Source: an uncultured Methanoregulaceae archaeon (GTDB taxonomy: Archaea; Halobacteriota; Methanomicrobia; Methanomicrobiales; Methanospirillaceae). From it: 64,000 bases of DNA. The notes under the pieces are model-generated. The model had not been told where the DNA came from. It saw only the letters and a list, made by a program, of their open reading frames with translations, and made no database searches. Position numbers and translations under genes: made by a program. The stretch is from the NCBI GenBank assembly GCA_963705255.1, contig OY970061.1, forward strand, positions 1,632,001 through 1,696,000. The letters run 5' to 3'. Positions 42,271 to 53,287 of this stretch are shown here, piece by piece (position 1 is the stretch's first letter; the number at the start of each line of letters is the position of its first letter).

Positions 42271-43031
42271 CCGCCCTGCTCCCCCCTTACCCGTGTCCCG
42301 CCGTGGTCGGCCCCTGCAAGGAAGTCGCCGACCCGCGAGACATGAAATATGTCCGACCCGATCCCCTTATCCGCGAGACCGAGCAGTTCATCAATTTTCC
42401 CTCTCATTCCACCGGTTACATCGGTATGTCTTGAGTCGCCGATCTGGAGCGATGCGGCCGTGGCCCGGGTAATCTCCGGCACCACGCGCCCTCCATCCAG
42501 CACTCCCGGTACATCGGTGGCGAGCCCGACGCGGTCGATCGCAAGGCCGACCGCGAGGTAGCGCACGAGCTGGTCGCCCGATACGATACAGGCCCCGCGT
42601 GAGAGGTCCATCACCACGTCTCCGTGGATCACAGGGACCATCCCGAGAGAGAGCATCGTATCCAGGTGCCGGCACTCGAACGTGACGAGACGCCCGTCGT
42701 CCGCCACCCCGGTATGGAGGGGGTGGACGCCGACTGCGGCGACCCCCTTCTCCCGGAGCGATTCCACGACCGCGTCGTTGAGGCCGCTGACCGCCCGGTT
42801 CGTCACGTAGATCCCTTCGGTATGCCCGGCCGTGGCACCCTTATCGAGCTGGTAGCGTCTCGCTTCCGGGTGGCCGCAGGAACCGGCGCCGTGGATGACC
42901 ACGATCCCGCCTGCCTTCGCTCCGGCGATGGCAGAGGCGATCTCCGAGAGGCGCCCGCGGTTGACGGCGCAGCCGGCACTCTTGTCCGTGATGACACTCC
43001 CGCCGAGTTTCAGGATGACGCGGTCAGACAT
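42267..43031 (-). CDS. ipk: Isopentenyl phosphate kinase
   Basis: LKLGGSVITDK, HGAGSCGH, IHGDVV, SGDQ, DVTGGMRGK. Confidence 0.93.
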   Translation of the reverse strand: MSDRVILKLGGSVITDKSAGCAVNRGRLSEIASAIAGAKAGGIVVIHGAGSCGHPEARRYQLDKGATAGHTEGIYVTNRAVSGLNDAVVESLREKGVAAVGVHPLHTGVADDGRLVTFECRHLDTMLSLGMVPVIHGDVVMDLSRGACIVSGDQLVRYLAVGLAIDRVGLATDVPGVLDGGRVVPEITRATAASLQIGDSRHTDVTGGMRGKIDELLGLADKGIGSDIFHVSRVGDFLAGADHGGTRVRGEQGG

Positions 43032-43893
43032 TTTTCTCCTTGCGCACGCCTTCCGTGTCGATACCCGTGACGATCGCCCGGGCCTCGCAGGCCTCGATAG
43101 CGCCCGCGACCCGGTGCTTGAGCGGCTTGGGGCAGAGCGCCACCATGCACCCGCCCCCGCCGGCTCCCGTGATCTTTGCGCCGAACGCACCTGCCGAGCG
43201 GGCGGCGAGCACGAGTCTTGAGAGCTGCGGGTGGCCGACGCCGAGCACTTCCAGCAGGGCATGGTTCATGTTCATGTAACTCCCCAGTTCCTTCGGGTTG
43301 CTGAGGTGGTGGATCGCGCTCATGCTCACGCCTTCGATCGCGTCCAGTACCGGGTCCACGATAGCGGGGTGGTTCTTCTTGAGTTCGCTCACCTGTTCCA
43401 CCATCTTTGAGGTATTGTGCGAGACCAGGGAATCACCGACTACGAGGTGCATGTTCTGGGGCGGGAGCCTTCTTCTGGAACCACCGCTGATGAGGATGAT
43501 CCCGCCGTACGTGGAGACCGTGGTATCCGTGGGGCTCGCCCGCCCTTTCTGCACCGTCTTCTCGATCTCGAACGCCATGTCTGCAATATCTTCCCGGTTT
43601 TTATGGAGCGCGAACTCGTCGTTGATCGCCGAGAGGGTCGCAACGGTCACGGCAGCGGACGACCCGAGGCCCGAGGAGCTCGGGATCTGCGAGTTGATGT
43701 AGACGCTGCCCACGACGCCCATCGCCTCGAAACACCCGTCGATATAGGGCGATTTTGCCCGCTGGGCGTGCCGGGTATTCCGCACGGTGACAAACACGCG
43801 GGGCTTTATGGCCATTGCTATGCCGGGCTTTCCGTATACTACTGCATGCTCGCCGAACAAAAATACCTTGCCCGGCGCACTCCATGTTGCCAA
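43024..43893 (-). CDS. mvk: Mevalonate kinase
   Basis: APGKVFLFGEHAVVYG, GLGSSAA, KITGAGGGG. Confidence 0.95.
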   Translation of the reverse strand: MATWSAPGKVFLFGEHAVVYGKPGIAMAIKPRVFVTVRNTRHAQRAKSPYIDGCFEAMGVVGSVYINSQIPSSSGLGSSAAVTVATLSAINDEFALHKNREDIADMAFEIEKTVQKGRASPTDTTVSTYGGIILISGGSRRRLPPQNMHLVVGDSLVSHNTSKMVEQVSELKKNHPAIVDPVLDAIEGVSMSAIHHLSNPKELGSYMNMNHALLEVLGVGHPQLSRLVLAARSAGAFGAKITGAGGGGCMVALCPKPLKHRVAGAIEACEARAIVTGIDTEGVRKEKNV

Positions 43894-43894
43894 C

Positions 43895-44689
43895 CTAGAT
43901 CACCGCAATGGCTGCGTACCCCACGACCTCGCGATAATCGCCTGTCGTATCCCCGCTCGTCGCGTACCGGATGAGCTTTGCCGCCTTTGCCCCGAGCCTG
44001 CCGCACGCCGCCACCATGGCCGAGATGGGGCCGAACCCGCAGGCAGTCACCCGCCGCTCCTCAATCCGGCGGTAGAACTCCTTCGTGTCAAGAGCCAGGA
44101 GCGGTTCGATGGCCCAGAGGTCATCGGCTTTTGCCTTGCTCTCCGGCACATAGTGCGAGAAGTCGCTCGACGCCACGATCCTGATCTCCCTGTTGGTCCG
44201 CCTGACCGCCGCAAGGATCTTCTCCGCAAGCCGCATCGCGCTCGGGTAGTCCTGCTGCCCCATCATAACCGGTGCTATCCGCGCCCGCGGGAAGCGGTAC
44301 TTGATGAACGGCATCTGGACCTCGATGGAGTGCTCGTCCCGGTGGGATATCTCGTCCGTCTCGATACTGAGGGCCTGGACAAATTCAGTGTCCGTATCGA
44401 TCACACCGAACGGGGTCTCCCACGGGATCTCGGAGACGCAGTTGATGTACCCGCGGTGGGACGGGCCGATCACGACGAAAGTCCCTGAAAAGTCAGGAAC
44501 GATCGAGCTGAAGGCATGGGCGGCAACCTGGCCTGAATAGATATACCCGGCGTGGGGGGATACGATACCGAGCGGATTCCCGCCCTCCGGTGCTGTGCCT
44601 GAGAAGAACTTCTCCAGCAACTGCTCCAGGTGGGAGGGCTCGCGCGGATAAAACATGCCAGCCACTGCGCATGTACGCATCTTCATCAA
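43895..44689 (-). CDS. amrB: MEMO1-family protein (AmmeMemoRadiSam protein B)
   Basis: VAGMFYP, PHAGYIYSG, EHSIEVQ, SSDFSHY, CG.GP, VGYA. Confidence 0.92.
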   Translation of the reverse strand: MMKMRTCAVAGMFYPREPSHLEQLLEKFFSGTAPEGGNPLGIVSPHAGYIYSGQVAAHAFSSIVPDFSGTFVVIGPSHRGYINCVSEIPWETPFGVIDTDTEFVQALSIETDEISHRDEHSIEVQMPFIKYRFPRARIAPVMMGQQDYPSAMRLAEKILAAVRRTNREIRIVASSDFSHYVPESKAKADDLWAIEPLLALDTKEFYRRIEERRVTACGFGPISAMVAACGRLGAKAAKLIRYATSGDTTGDYREVVGYAAIAVI

Positions 44690-44751
44690 ATCAACCCTCT
44701 GGTCGAACTGGTATATCTAACGATCGGTCGCCCAAAAAGAAGGGGACCGGT

Positions 44752-45363
44752 CTAGAATTCAGTCTCGAAGTCCTCGGGCGCGAGTGCCGTCGAGATCCCG
44801 CGGAGACGCAGCATCTCGCGGGTCAGGAGGAAGTAGATCATCGAGAGCGCCTTGCGGCCCTTGTTGTTGGTCGGGATGACCAGGTCGACGAACTTGGTCA
44901 TGTTGTTGGTGTCGCAGAGTGCGAGCACGGGGATGCCGCACTGGACTGCCTCGTTGATGACCTGCGCGTCGCCGATCGGGTCGGTCACGACGATGACCTG
45001 CGGCTCGATATAGCCGTCGAGAACCGGGTTGGTCAGGAGGCCCGGGATGAACCGCCCGGTCGCCGACATGGCACCGATGGTGTCGGCAAACTTCTTGGCC
45101 GGGTACTGGCCGTACTGGCGGGAGGTGACGACGAGGATATTCGGGGCCTCGTACTGGTTTAAGAATTTGGCGGCGGTCTTGATCCGGGCGTCGGTCTCGC
45201 GGATATCGAGGATGTAGAGGCCATCGCCGCGGACGCGGTAGATGAACTTCTTCATGTCCTCGCTCTTCTGCTGGGTGCCGATGTGGACGCCGGCAGCAAG
45301 GTACTCCTCGACGGGGATGAGCGGTTCTTTCAGTTCGATTTCCATTTCGTTTACAGTGGTCAT
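44752..45363 (-). CDS. rps2: 30S ribosomal protein S2
   Basis: [27 protein letters not shown]. Confidence 0.97.
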   Translation of the reverse strand: MTTVNEMEIELKEPLIPVEEYLAAGVHIGTQQKSEDMKKFIYRVRGDGLYILDIRETDARIKTAAKFLNQYEAPNILVVTSRQYGQYPAKKFADTIGAMSATGRFIPGLLTNPVLDGYIEPQVIVVTDPIGDAQVINEAVQCGIPVLALCDTNNMTKFVDLVIPTNNKGRKALSMIYFLLTREMLRLRGISTALAPEDFETEF

Positions 45364-46548
45364 AGCTGTTCCTCTATGCGAATCAGTTCGTTCAGTTTTG
45401 CAACGCGTTCCCCGCCGACAATACCGCATTTTAAGAAAATACAGGAGAAGGCTGTGGCAAGGTGCGCAATCGAATTGTCGGTTGTCTCCCCGGAGCGGTG
45501 GCTCATCACCGTGTCCAGCCCGTGGGTGTGGGAGAGCTGCACCGCTTCGAAGGTGTCGGTGAGGGTCCCCACCTGGTTGGGTTTTATCAGCACGCAGTTT
45601 GCGGAGTCCTTCTCGATGCCCTGCTGGATGCGGTCGACCTGCGTGACGAAGATGTCATCCCCGCAGACCAGGCAGCGGCTGCCTACCTGGCTGTTGAGTT
45701 CCGCGAATGCGTCGAAGTCGTCCTCGTGGAGGGGGTCTTCCACGTAGACAAGGTTGTACTTGTCCACGAGCTCGGCGATATAGGCGACCTGGTCTTCGGT
45801 CGATCGTACCTTCTGGCGGTACCGGTATGCTTCCCCGTTCCACATCTGGCTTGCAGCGACATCGATACCCATGTCAACCGTGATATTCATCTCGTCGGCA
45901 ACTGTCGTGGTCGCCTCAGCAATCGAGCTCAAATGCGAGGGCGTCGTCGATCTGCGGTGCCCATGCACCCTCATCACCCTTGCCGGCGGCTTTTCCCTGT
46001 TTCTTTAAGAGTTCTTTCACCGTCCGGTGGACGGCGGCGTTGGCGAACACCGCTTCTTCTGCGTCGGCTGCGTCCCCGGGGACAATCAGGAATTCCTGGA
46101 TCTCGGTCGAGTTGGCCGCATGCGCCCCGCCCCCGATCACGTTCCCGAGGGGGAGAGGGAGCTCCCTGACGAATGCCCCGCCAAGATAGCGGAAGAGCGG
46201 GATGTCCAGTGCCGATGCCGCGGCCTTCGCATTGGCAAGCGAGAGGGCGACCGCAACATTTGCCCCGATCCCGGCGAAATTGGCAGTCCCGTCGATGTCC
46301 CGGAGCTGTTCGTCAAACCCTTCCTGGTCGGCCGCGTCCATCCCGATGAGCGCGGGAAGGACGTTCTGGACGGCATAATCGACCGCCTCTTTCGGCGGCC
46401 TGACCTTCGCCTCGAGCGAACCGGTGCTGGCGCCGCCGGGGGCTGCCGACCTGCCAAAGCCGCCCGACGTGTAGATATCGGCTTCAACGGTCGCGTTGCC
46501 CCGGCTGTCCAGGATGGTCCGGAGTTCGATAACCTCAATGGTCGTCAT
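45360..46548 (-). CDS. eno: Enolase (frameshift near 45924)
   Basis: [27 protein letters not shown]; then [22 protein letters not shown]. Confidence 0.94.
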
Positions 46549-46555
46549 ATGTCCT

Positions 46556-46729
46556 CTACTTCCTCTTTACGGTAATGGGGATGGTGTTGTTGTTGAATTC
46601 CTCGATCGCAATCTCCAGCGGATCGATCCGTGTCGTGGTGATGAGTAACGGAGCACCCATTGATATCTGCAGAGCCCTTGCTCCAATGATCCTTGCCCGT
46701 TCGTACCGGGTATAAGTCTGCGTCTGCAT
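46556..46729 (-). CDS. rpoK: RNA polymerase subunit K (Rpo6); 57 aa, absent from the ORF track
   Basis: Hand translation [57 protein letters not shown]. Confidence 0.95.
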   Translation of the reverse strand: MQTQTYTRYERARIIGARALQISMGAPLLITTTRIDPLEIAIEEFNNNTIPITVKRK

Positions 46730-46764
46730 TCTTCTTCCTCAAAATGTCTGCAATCTCGAAAATA

Positions 46765-46839
46765 TGGGGTCGCTGAGATTCGAACTCAGGTCACTGCGTC
46801 CCGAACGCAATAGGATGGTCCAGGCTACCCTACGACCCC
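46765..46839 (-). tRNA. tRNA-Pro (anticodon CGG)
   Basis: GGGGTCG/CGACCCC acceptor stem, anticodon loop TTCGGGA, TTCGAAT T-loop; usual position between rpoN and rpoK. Confidence 0.95.
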
Positions 46840-46857
46840 GCGATCATACGTTCTCTC

Positions 46858-47046
46858 TTACTGGTACGGGTTGAGCTCATCAATGATCTCTTTGTGGGTC
46901 AGGAGCATGCGCCTGCAGCAGTAGCGGGAAATTTTGAGATCGTCGAGAATCTTCTTGGGATCCTCGCCTCTCTCCCGTCTCGCCCTGAACTCTTCCCAGG
47001 CTGTGGATATCGGTTTCCCACAGGTGAAACATCGAACGGGTATCAC
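46858..47046 (-). CDS. rpoN: RNA polymerase subunit N (Rpo10)
   Basis: [10 protein letters not shown]...RYCCRRM. Confidence 0.96.
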   Translation of the reverse strand: MIPVRCFTCGKPISTAWEEFRARRERGEDPKKILDDLKISRYCCRRMLLTHKEIIDELNPYQ

Positions 47047-47075
47047 GATTTTAACCTCTCATCATATCTTCTGGT

Positions 47076-47477
47076 TTAACGATAAGACTTTTGGAACTTC
47101 TTGCGTGCACCGCGGCCGTGCGGTTTCTTGGTCTCTTTCTGGCGCGAGTCGTTGACGAGGAGCGTCCTGTCATAGGCCAGGTAGATGTCCTTCATCTGGG
47201 GGTCGTTGTGCCATTTGATGATGCCGCGGGCGAGTGCCGTCCGGACTGCTTCCGCCTGTCCCATGACACCGCCGCCGGCTACGTCGATGGTGACATCGAT
47301 GCCGTGGACCGCGTTGGGGACGAGGAGGATCGGTTCGGCGATCTTCATCCGGGTGGTATCGGAGCCGTAGGCTTCGAGAGGGACCGAGTTGACCCGGATC
47401 ACGCCTTTGCCCGCCTTCAGGGTCGCCCGTGCGATTGCCGTTTTGCGTTTTCCGCTTGTGTTGATGATCTTTACCAT
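47076..47477 (-). CDS. rps9: 30S ribosomal protein S9
   Basis: SGKRKTAIARA, GGGVMGQAEA, GARKKFQKSYR. Confidence 0.97.
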   Translation of the reverse strand: MVKIINTSGKRKTAIARATLKAGKGVIRVNSVPLEAYGSDTTRMKIAEPILLVPNAVHGIDVTIDVAGGGVMGQAEAVRTALARGIIKWHNDPQMKDIYLAYDRTLLVNDSRQKETKKPHGRGARKKFQKSYR

Positions 47478-47487
47478 GGTGGCCACC

Positions 47488-47916
47488 TTAGAACTTTGCT
47501 CCGAGGAACGTGCACACTGCTGCGAGCGTGACATGGTTCGGGTTGTTCAGACGGTTCATGTGCGCTTCTTCCGGCACTTCCATCTCCTTTCCGACGAGAT
47601 CGACCGGGATGCCGACATAGCACCTGATGGCCTTCATCGCCTCGACGCCGCGGGGGCGTTTGTAGGGGAGCATGCCGCGGATCGTCCGCTTCATGAGGTG
47701 GTCAGGCCGGCGCGGGACGAACGGTCCCCAGCGGTTGCCGGAGGCGCCGCGTTCCCTCTTGTGCCGGTAGTTGGCGAGCACCCGGGCGCGGCTGCCGGAG
47801 ATTACCACTTTCTCGACATTGACAATGGCGATCTCTTCGCCCGCAAGCCCGCGCTGTGCGACAAGGCTTGCAAGGCGCCCGAGGAGCAGTCCGTCACCGT
47901 TGATTACTGTAACCAT
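47488..47916 (-). CDS. rpl13: 50S ribosomal protein L13
   Basis: [15 protein letters not shown]. Confidence 0.96.
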   Translation of the reverse strand: MVTVINGDGLLLGRLASLVAQRGLAGEEIAIVNVEKVVISGSRARVLANYRHKRERGASGNRWGPFVPRRPDHLMKRTIRGMLPYKRPRGVEAMKAIRCYVGIPVDLVGKEMEVPEEAHMNRLNNPNHVTLAAVCTFLGAKF

Positions 47917-47923
47917 ATCTTCT

Positions 47924-48289
47924 TCACCTCAGGATCCGGACACCGCTTCCCTTGGGGTTGTCCTGCAGGAGCTGCTCGATCGTCATGCACTGCCCTTTCG
48001 CGTCCCTGATCTTGCTGGTCGCGGATGCCGAGAAGTTCAGTGCCGCTACTTTCACGGACTGTTCCAGCACGCCGCTTCCCAGTACCTTGCCGGGAACAAT
48101 GATCGTCTCACCGTTCTGGGCATAGCGGTTGATCTTGGACAGGTTGACCTCCGCATAGTTCCGGTTCGGGGTCTCCAGCCTGCTCGCGATCTCGCGCCAG
48201 ATCTTGGCCTCATTCTCACGCGACTTGTTCTTCAAGAGCGAAATGAGGCTGGTAAGACGGGGGTTCGTCTTCTCCACAATTCTTGTCAT
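47924..48289 (-). CDS. rpl18e: 50S ribosomal protein L18e
   Basis: [24 protein letters not shown]. Confidence 0.96.
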   Translation of the reverse strand: MTRIVEKTNPRLTSLISLLKNKSRENEAKIWREIASRLETPNRNYAEVNLSKINRYAQNGETIIVPGKVLGSGVLEQSVKVAALNFSASATSKIRDAKGQCMTIEQLLQDNPKGSGVRILR

Positions 48290-48315
48290 CTCTTCTCATC
48301 CCCTGATAGTTCGCC

Positions 48316-49119
48316 TCACTGTTTTTCCAGCTCGTCTGCCTGCTCCCTGATATACTGCAGTGCACGGTTCATGATCTCTTTTGCCGTGAGCGACCCGTCG
48401 CTCTCGACCACGAAGATATAACGGTCTTTCTCGGCGGATATGACGATTGCCGGTTCTTCCCCGATCCCGCTCGCAAGGCACGCCCGTTCGCAGAGCCTGC
48501 ACATGGAGCAGTCGGGGAGTTTTCCGCTGACTACACCGACTTTCTTTCCCTTCACTTCCAGGACCCCGCGCGGGCATTCGTCAACGCAGAGGCCGCAGGC
48601 ATCGCAGGCGTCGCTGATGGCGAGGACCGGGTGGTTCTTGTACCCGCAGACGAGCGTCGGCTGCCACTTGGCATGCATCCTGCCGGTATTGAGGGTCGCA
48701 CGCGCCTCGATGACGAGTTTCTGCCCTTTCGTGAGTTTCACGATCGGGATGTTCCCGTGCACCGGTGCCACTTTGGGGTCCTGCGGGATGAGGTCGCTCG
48801 AGGTGACCACCCGGGGGCCCTCGACACTGAGCGTGTAGGTGGCCGTGCAGGCCGGGCATCCCGCCCCGCCGCACGAACAAGTGTCTTGGGTCGAGTAGCT
48901 CTGGAGATCTGTCTTGATGGGGATGAGCCCGAGACGGTGTGCCAGCATCTCGTCGAAGAGTGCGCTCGTGTTGTCGTAGATGCGCACATCCTCGATCGCG
49001 AGGGTCGGCACCTCGCCGATCATTGCCCGCCTGAACGCGTTGGCAAATGCCGGGCTCGCTCCCGAAAGGGTGAATCGTGCGAGGGAGTCGTCCAGACTGG
49101 CGATTACGATCTCCATCAC
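48316..49119 (-). CDS. rpoD: RNA polymerase subunit D (Rpo3) with ferredoxin-like insert
   Basis: [47 protein letters not shown]. Confidence 0.96.
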   Translation of the reverse strand: MMEIVIASLDDSLARFTLSGASPAFANAFRRAMIGEVPTLAIEDVRIYDNTSALFDEMLAHRLGLIPIKTDLQSYSTQDTCSCGGAGCPACTATYTLSVEGPRVVTSSDLIPQDPKVAPVHGNIPIVKLTKGQKLVIEARATLNTGRMHAKWQPTLVCGYKNHPVLAISDACDACGLCVDECPRGVLEVKGKKVGVVSGKLPDCSMCRLCERACLASGIGEEPAIVISAEKDRYIFVVESDGSLTAKEIMNRALQYIREQADELEKQ

Positions 49120-49514
49120 ACTCTCCTTCCCCGCCTGCCGCCTTTCGGCCTGCAGGAGTCATGGGGGATTGGCGTGACATCTTCGATACGCCCGATGCGC
49201 ATGCCGGCACGGGCGAGCGCACGGATGGCTGCCTGGGCGCCCGGCCCGGGGCTGCGCTGCTTGCCCTGCCCAGGTGCACGCACCCTGACATGGACGCCGA
49301 CGATCCCTTTCTCGCGGGCGGTCTGGGCCACGTTACTGGCCATCTGCATCGCCGCATAGGGCGAGCTCTCGTTCCGGTCCTGCTTGACGACCATCCCGCC
49401 GCTGCTCTTGGTCACGGTCTCCGCGCCGGAGAGGTCGGTGATGGTGATGATCGTGTTGTTGAAGGACGCAAAGATGTGGGCAATGCCCCACTTTTCCTTC
49501 TCGTTTGCCGCCAT
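49116..49514 (-). CDS. rps11: 30S ribosomal protein S11
   Basis: [33 protein letters not shown]. Confidence 0.97.
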   Translation of the reverse strand: MAANEKEKWGIAHIFASFNNTIITITDLSGAETVTKSSGGMVVKQDRNESSPYAAMQMASNVAQTAREKGIVGVHVRVRAPGQGKQRSPGPGAQAAIRALARAGMRIGRIEDVTPIPHDSCRPKGGRRGRRV

Positions 49515-49517
49515 GGT

Positions 49518-50120
49518 CTATCTCCTCCCTCCCCGACCCTGGTACCCGCCGTATCCGCCGGGTGCCGGCTTGGGGTTGGACGCGGGTTTTGCAATCCTTA
49601 CTTTCTCGGAGTGGGAGTCGGACAGGAACGGGGATGTGCCGTAGTAGGCGATCTGGGTCTCCTCGGTCCTGTTCACGCGGTAGCCGGGGATGCTGGTGCG
49701 CCTGCCGCCGATCGCGATGTGCCCGTGGGTGATGAGCTGCCGGGCCTGTTTCGGCGAGCGGGCCAGTCCCTTGCGGTACACGAGGGTCTGCAGGCGGCGT
49801 TCGAGCTGGGCCTGCACCTTGAGCGAGAGGACATCTTCGATGTCCGCGTCGGGGCCGAGAAGGCCTCCCCTCTGCAGGGAAGTGATCAGTTCGGCCTTCT
49901 TGTTTTCGTAGAGCTGGGTATCGGCTGCGCTCGAACCGAGGGCGAGGAGACCGCGGGCGCCCTTGCGGTACTTGCGGAGCACGGCCTGGGCCTTCCAGAC
50001 CTCGCGCTTGTTCCGGAGACCGTACTCGATGACGAGACGGGTCTCGGCCTCGATGCGGGTCTTCTCGAAAGGGCGCTTGGGGGCCTGGTAGGACTTGTGG
50101 TTCTTGCCTGGGTATCCCAT
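49518..50120 (-). CDS. rps4: 30S ribosomal protein S4
   Basis: [27 protein letters not shown]. Confidence 0.97.
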   Translation of the reverse strand: MGYPGKNHKSYQAPKRPFEKTRIEAETRLVIEYGLRNKREVWKAQAVLRKYRKGARGLLALGSSAADTQLYENKKAELITSLQRGGLLGPDADIEDVLSLKVQAQLERRLQTLVYRKGLARSPKQARQLITHGHIAIGGRRTSIPGYRVNRTEETQIAYYGTSPFLSDSHSEKVRIAKPASNPKPAPGGYGGYQGRGGRR

Positions 50121-50122
50121 GA

Positions 50123-50584
50123 TCAGCTTCCTCCGACTTTCTTCTTGCTCACGCCAACGGTCTTACCGGTCCTGCCGGTCGACTTGGTGCGCTGCCCGCG
50201 GACTTTCTGGCCGGTCTCGTGCCGGATGCCCCGGTAGCAGCGGATCTTCCTCATCAGGTTGACGTCCTCGTCCTTCGCGAGCCCGACATCGGGACCGAGC
50301 AGGTGTTTTGCCTCGCCGGTGTAGACGTCCTTGGGACGGTTCGCCATCCAGGACGGGATCTTCGATGAGTACTGTTCTACAGCGGTGCGGAGCCGGTTGA
50401 CCGAGTCCTCGTCAAGGCGGCCGAGCGAGGCGTACTCGTCGACTTTCGCCATGCGGGAGATCACCGATGAGGTATGCCTGCCGACACCCTTGATGCCGGT
50501 GAGGGCGACCCTCACGGATTTGGTACCATCCAGATCGGTAGTGCCAACCCTTACAAAGTATCGTATTTCTTCTTCCTGAGCCAT
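50123..50584 (-). CDS. rps13: 30S ribosomal protein S13
   Basis: [29 protein letters not shown]. Confidence 0.97.
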   Translation of the reverse strand: MAQEEEIRYFVRVGTTDLDGTKSVRVALTGIKGVGRHTSSVISRMAKVDEYASLGRLDEDSVNRLRTAVEQYSSKIPSWMANRPKDVYTGEAKHLLGPDVGLAKDEDVNLMRKIRCYRGIRHETGQKVRGQRTKSTGRTGKTVGVSKKKVGGS

Positions 50585-50619
50585 CCAATCCCCTCGATTT
50601 GTGAGATTTTCTCTTTGAG

Positions 50620-50704
50620 CGCTGAGGGAGGGATTTGAACCCTCGAGTCCTTTTGGGACACAGGTTTAGCAAACCTGCGCCATACCAGGCTTGGCTACCT
50701 CAAC
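50620..50704 (-). tRNA. tRNA-Ser (anticodon GCT)
   Basis: GTTGAGG/CCTCAGC acceptor stem, CAGGT-TTGCTAA-ACCTG anticodon arm, long variable arm, TTCAAAT T-loop. Confidence 0.95.
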
Positions 50705-50933
50705 AGAGGAATCTCGCATCTTACTACAGACACTCGCAGCGGGGAACCGCTGCTCCATGAATGGTGCTTTATAATATGGGCAGGTACGGGTAATAAGTGT
50801 TTGGGGTAGACCGGCTTTGCACGTAAAGTAGGTTTTTAACCCGACATTACGTGCAGACACCGGACTTTACGTGCAGAGTACAATAATGGGATAGGTTGAT
50901 AGCAAATCGGGAAAGATTACCTTCTGAACCTTA

Positions 50934-51116
50934 ATGAACACCCGTACTGAAACTCTTATTATTTTAATTGCATTTCTTATAATTTTGTTTGTGTTATTTC
51001 GAGGAGTATTTTTGGCAATGTGCCTTCTTGTTTATATGACTGTGATTGTTGCAGTAAAGTTCTATTCAAACGAGATAATTTCAGGGATTGTCAAATTCTT
51101 TCTATTCCCACAATAA
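50934..51116 (+). CDS. Small hydrophobic hypothetical protein, AT-rich
   Basis: 60 aa, two hydrophobic stretches. Confidence 0.4.
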   Translation: MNTRTETLIILIAFLIILFVLFRGVFLAMCLLVYMTVIVAVKFYSNEIISGIVKFFLFPQ

Positions 51117-51137
51117 GAAGAGAGACTCTTTAAAAAA

Positions 51138-51470
51138 TTATTTTATCGGCGTTTCATTCATCGCTGATTTGCCCAAGAAGTCTGGTGATATACCGTTCTC
51201 GTACATCTCATGGATGACCACTGTCAGATTGTACGCGACGATCTTTGCCAGCAATTCGTTTACCTGTGCCACTTGGTTCTTTGACTTGAGAGTTTCCCCA
51301 AACGTTCTCTTTATCGCCGCATTGGTTGATTCCACATTGCTGCGCTTGTGGTAGTGCTCCATGAACTCATCCTTGTTAAGCTGGAAGTAGTGGTACATTT
51401 TCTTCCAGATAGGAGAACCGCGAGTCCTGCCGGTTGCATGATTCTTAAACGGGATATAGGCAACCCCACC
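51138..51470 (-). mobile_element. C-terminal remnant of a DDE transposase (IS5/ISNCY-like)
   Basis: AYIPFK...IWKKMYHYF...HYHKRSNVESTNAAIKRTFGETLKSKN...NELLAKIVAYN; 5' part missing, no terminal inverted repeats recognised. Confidence 0.75.
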
Positions 51471-51646
51471 GCCAGCAGCACCGCCACCATCACCAGCACC
51501 AGGGCAAGTGGAATACGGAAAGGGGTCATGGGGCTGTCACCGGATTTTGTAAAGATTACCTGAACAGGAGAGTCAATCCGATCGGGTAAATATATTGTGA
51601 ACTATTTTTTGTCAAGTTATTGATCCGCCGCGGGACGCCGGACTTC

Positions 51647-51766
51647 TTATTGTTTTTTAGGATAATGTTTCAGAATTATTTCAGAAAAACTCACCTTATC
51701 ATTCTTTTTCAGGTTCCTGAGAAGTTCATACGCTTCTTCAGTTATCCTGATGTTTTTCCTGGCCAT
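51647..51766 (-). pseudogene. Short or truncated VapB-type antitoxin with no adjacent toxin
   Basis: MARKNIRITEEAYELLRNLKKNDKVSFSEII. Confidence 0.6.
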
Positions 51767-52324
51767 GATCTGTTTTGAGGATGTATCGGTATTTAATAAT
51801 AATTGCAGGGAATCTTGCCAAACTGACAACCCAACCCTAGCAGCACTATGGGACGACCGCAATTTCGGCATACCACTACGTATCTTTAGTCGGCAGATTG
51901 CAGGAACACACACATGCTTAGTACATTGTATTATTGGGGGTTGCCTGGTGGCATTCCGAGTCCGTTAGGGGGGGGGGATGAGAGGGGGTCGGATGGGTAC
52001 ATTTCATTATTGTGACCTGGTGTTCCAGGTTCGTTGTTTTCATTCTGGTATTGCCAGATTTCTGTCGTGGAAATAGAGCAGTCCCCGGTCGTTGCGGGAT
52101 CTTTTCGTACATCAAACAACCCTCCTAGTTTTTATTTGTACCCATGTGACCCCCTCAGACAAATTTTGTTTTTTGCGTGGACAGGCAAGAAAAAATGTTC
52201 GATTTTCCGACAGCAATTTACCGGCCTTGAGCGATCAGTGCATGGACAGTTTGGTGGAGGGGGTCGCATGGGTACAAACATGATCAATGGTGACCCCCAA
52301 GGGGGCCAGCAGGGTCAGGTGGGT

Positions 52325-53164
52325 TCAGGATGAGTCGGGCGCCCGTCCCGTTTCAAGAAACGAGATCACGGTCCCGGCAACCTCGCCCGGGCACTGGTAC
52401 ATCAGCCCGTGCCCTGCCCCGCAGACAGGGACGACCTTCGCACCGGGAATGCGCCTCCCGAGCGTGAAGGAATTTTCCGCCGGGATGACAACGTCGTCCG
52501 TTCCGGTCAGGACAAGGGTCGGCGCACGGATCCCGGGAAGGCGGTCGTAACAGCCCGCCCACAAAAAGAATGCCGTGGCCTGCCGGGCAGCGCTCTCCTC
52601 ACCCGTCGTCTCGTACACCTCCGGGCAGTACTGCCACGGGTCATGGGTCGCCAGCCACTCCGCGGGGAAGAGGATGGAGAACATCCGGTCGGCCACGTCG
52701 GATGCCGTACCGCTCTTGTCCGAGAGCATGGCCCATACGCCGGGCTCCATCGGGGTCGCTTCCTTCCCGCCGCAGTTTCCCGAGACGAGAACCAGCTTCT
52801 CCGCGAGTTCCGGGCGGGCGAGGGCGAGTTCCAGGGCGACGCAGGCGCCCATCGAGTGGCCGAGCACGTGCGCCCGGGAGATGCCCAGGCAACCGAGAAT
52901 GGCGGCGGCGTCCTCCGCAAAGAGCGGGAGGGAGAACGGCGTCTCCGATGACGACGAATAACCGGTACCGCGGTGGTCGAAGATGATGACCCGGAAATGG
53001 TCCGAGAGGGCGGAGAGGAGCGCCGGGGCCCACATGTCCATCGTAGATGCAAAGCCGTTCAGGAGAATGAGAGGAAAACCGGTGCCGAGATCACGAAACG
53101 CGAGGGAGATCTCACCGGAGGTCGCGGACTTCAAAGGCAGGGATCTGATATCCGTTCCAGTCAT
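52325..53164 (-). CDS. Alpha/beta-fold hydrolase
   Basis: LNGF, FDHRGTG.S, GHSMG nucleophile elbow, G.DD, GAGHG. Confidence 0.9.
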   Translation of the reverse strand: MTGTDIRSLPLKSATSGEISLAFRDLGTGFPLILLNGFASTMDMWAPALLSALSDHFRVIIFDHRGTGYSSSSETPFSLPLFAEDAAAILGCLGISRAHVLGHSMGACVALELALARPELAEKLVLVSGNCGGKEATPMEPGVWAMLSDKSGTASDVADRMFSILFPAEWLATHDPWQYCPEVYETTGEESAARQATAFFLWAGCYDRLPGIRAPTLVLTGTDDVVIPAENSFTLGRRIPGAKVVPVCGAGHGLMYQCPGEVAGTVISFLETGRAPDSS

Positions 53165-53287
53165 GCTATTCCCTTTATCGGGTGCAGGGCAGATATATCT
53201 GCGTTTTTCATAGAGAGCCGGACAACCGCTCCTGAGAGGCACACAATACTTATAGCCAAAGCCTGACGTTGTATGGGAAGTGAGCAG

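Noticed and set aside
46545-46742. 65-aa ORF between tRNA-Pro and eno
   Set aside because: Wrong frame; the real gene is the 57-aa rpoK at 46556-46729.
50620-52320. tRNA-Ser-integrated element
   Set aside because: The accessory DNA lies on the 5' side of the tRNA, no duplicated tRNA 3' end was seen and there is no integrase.
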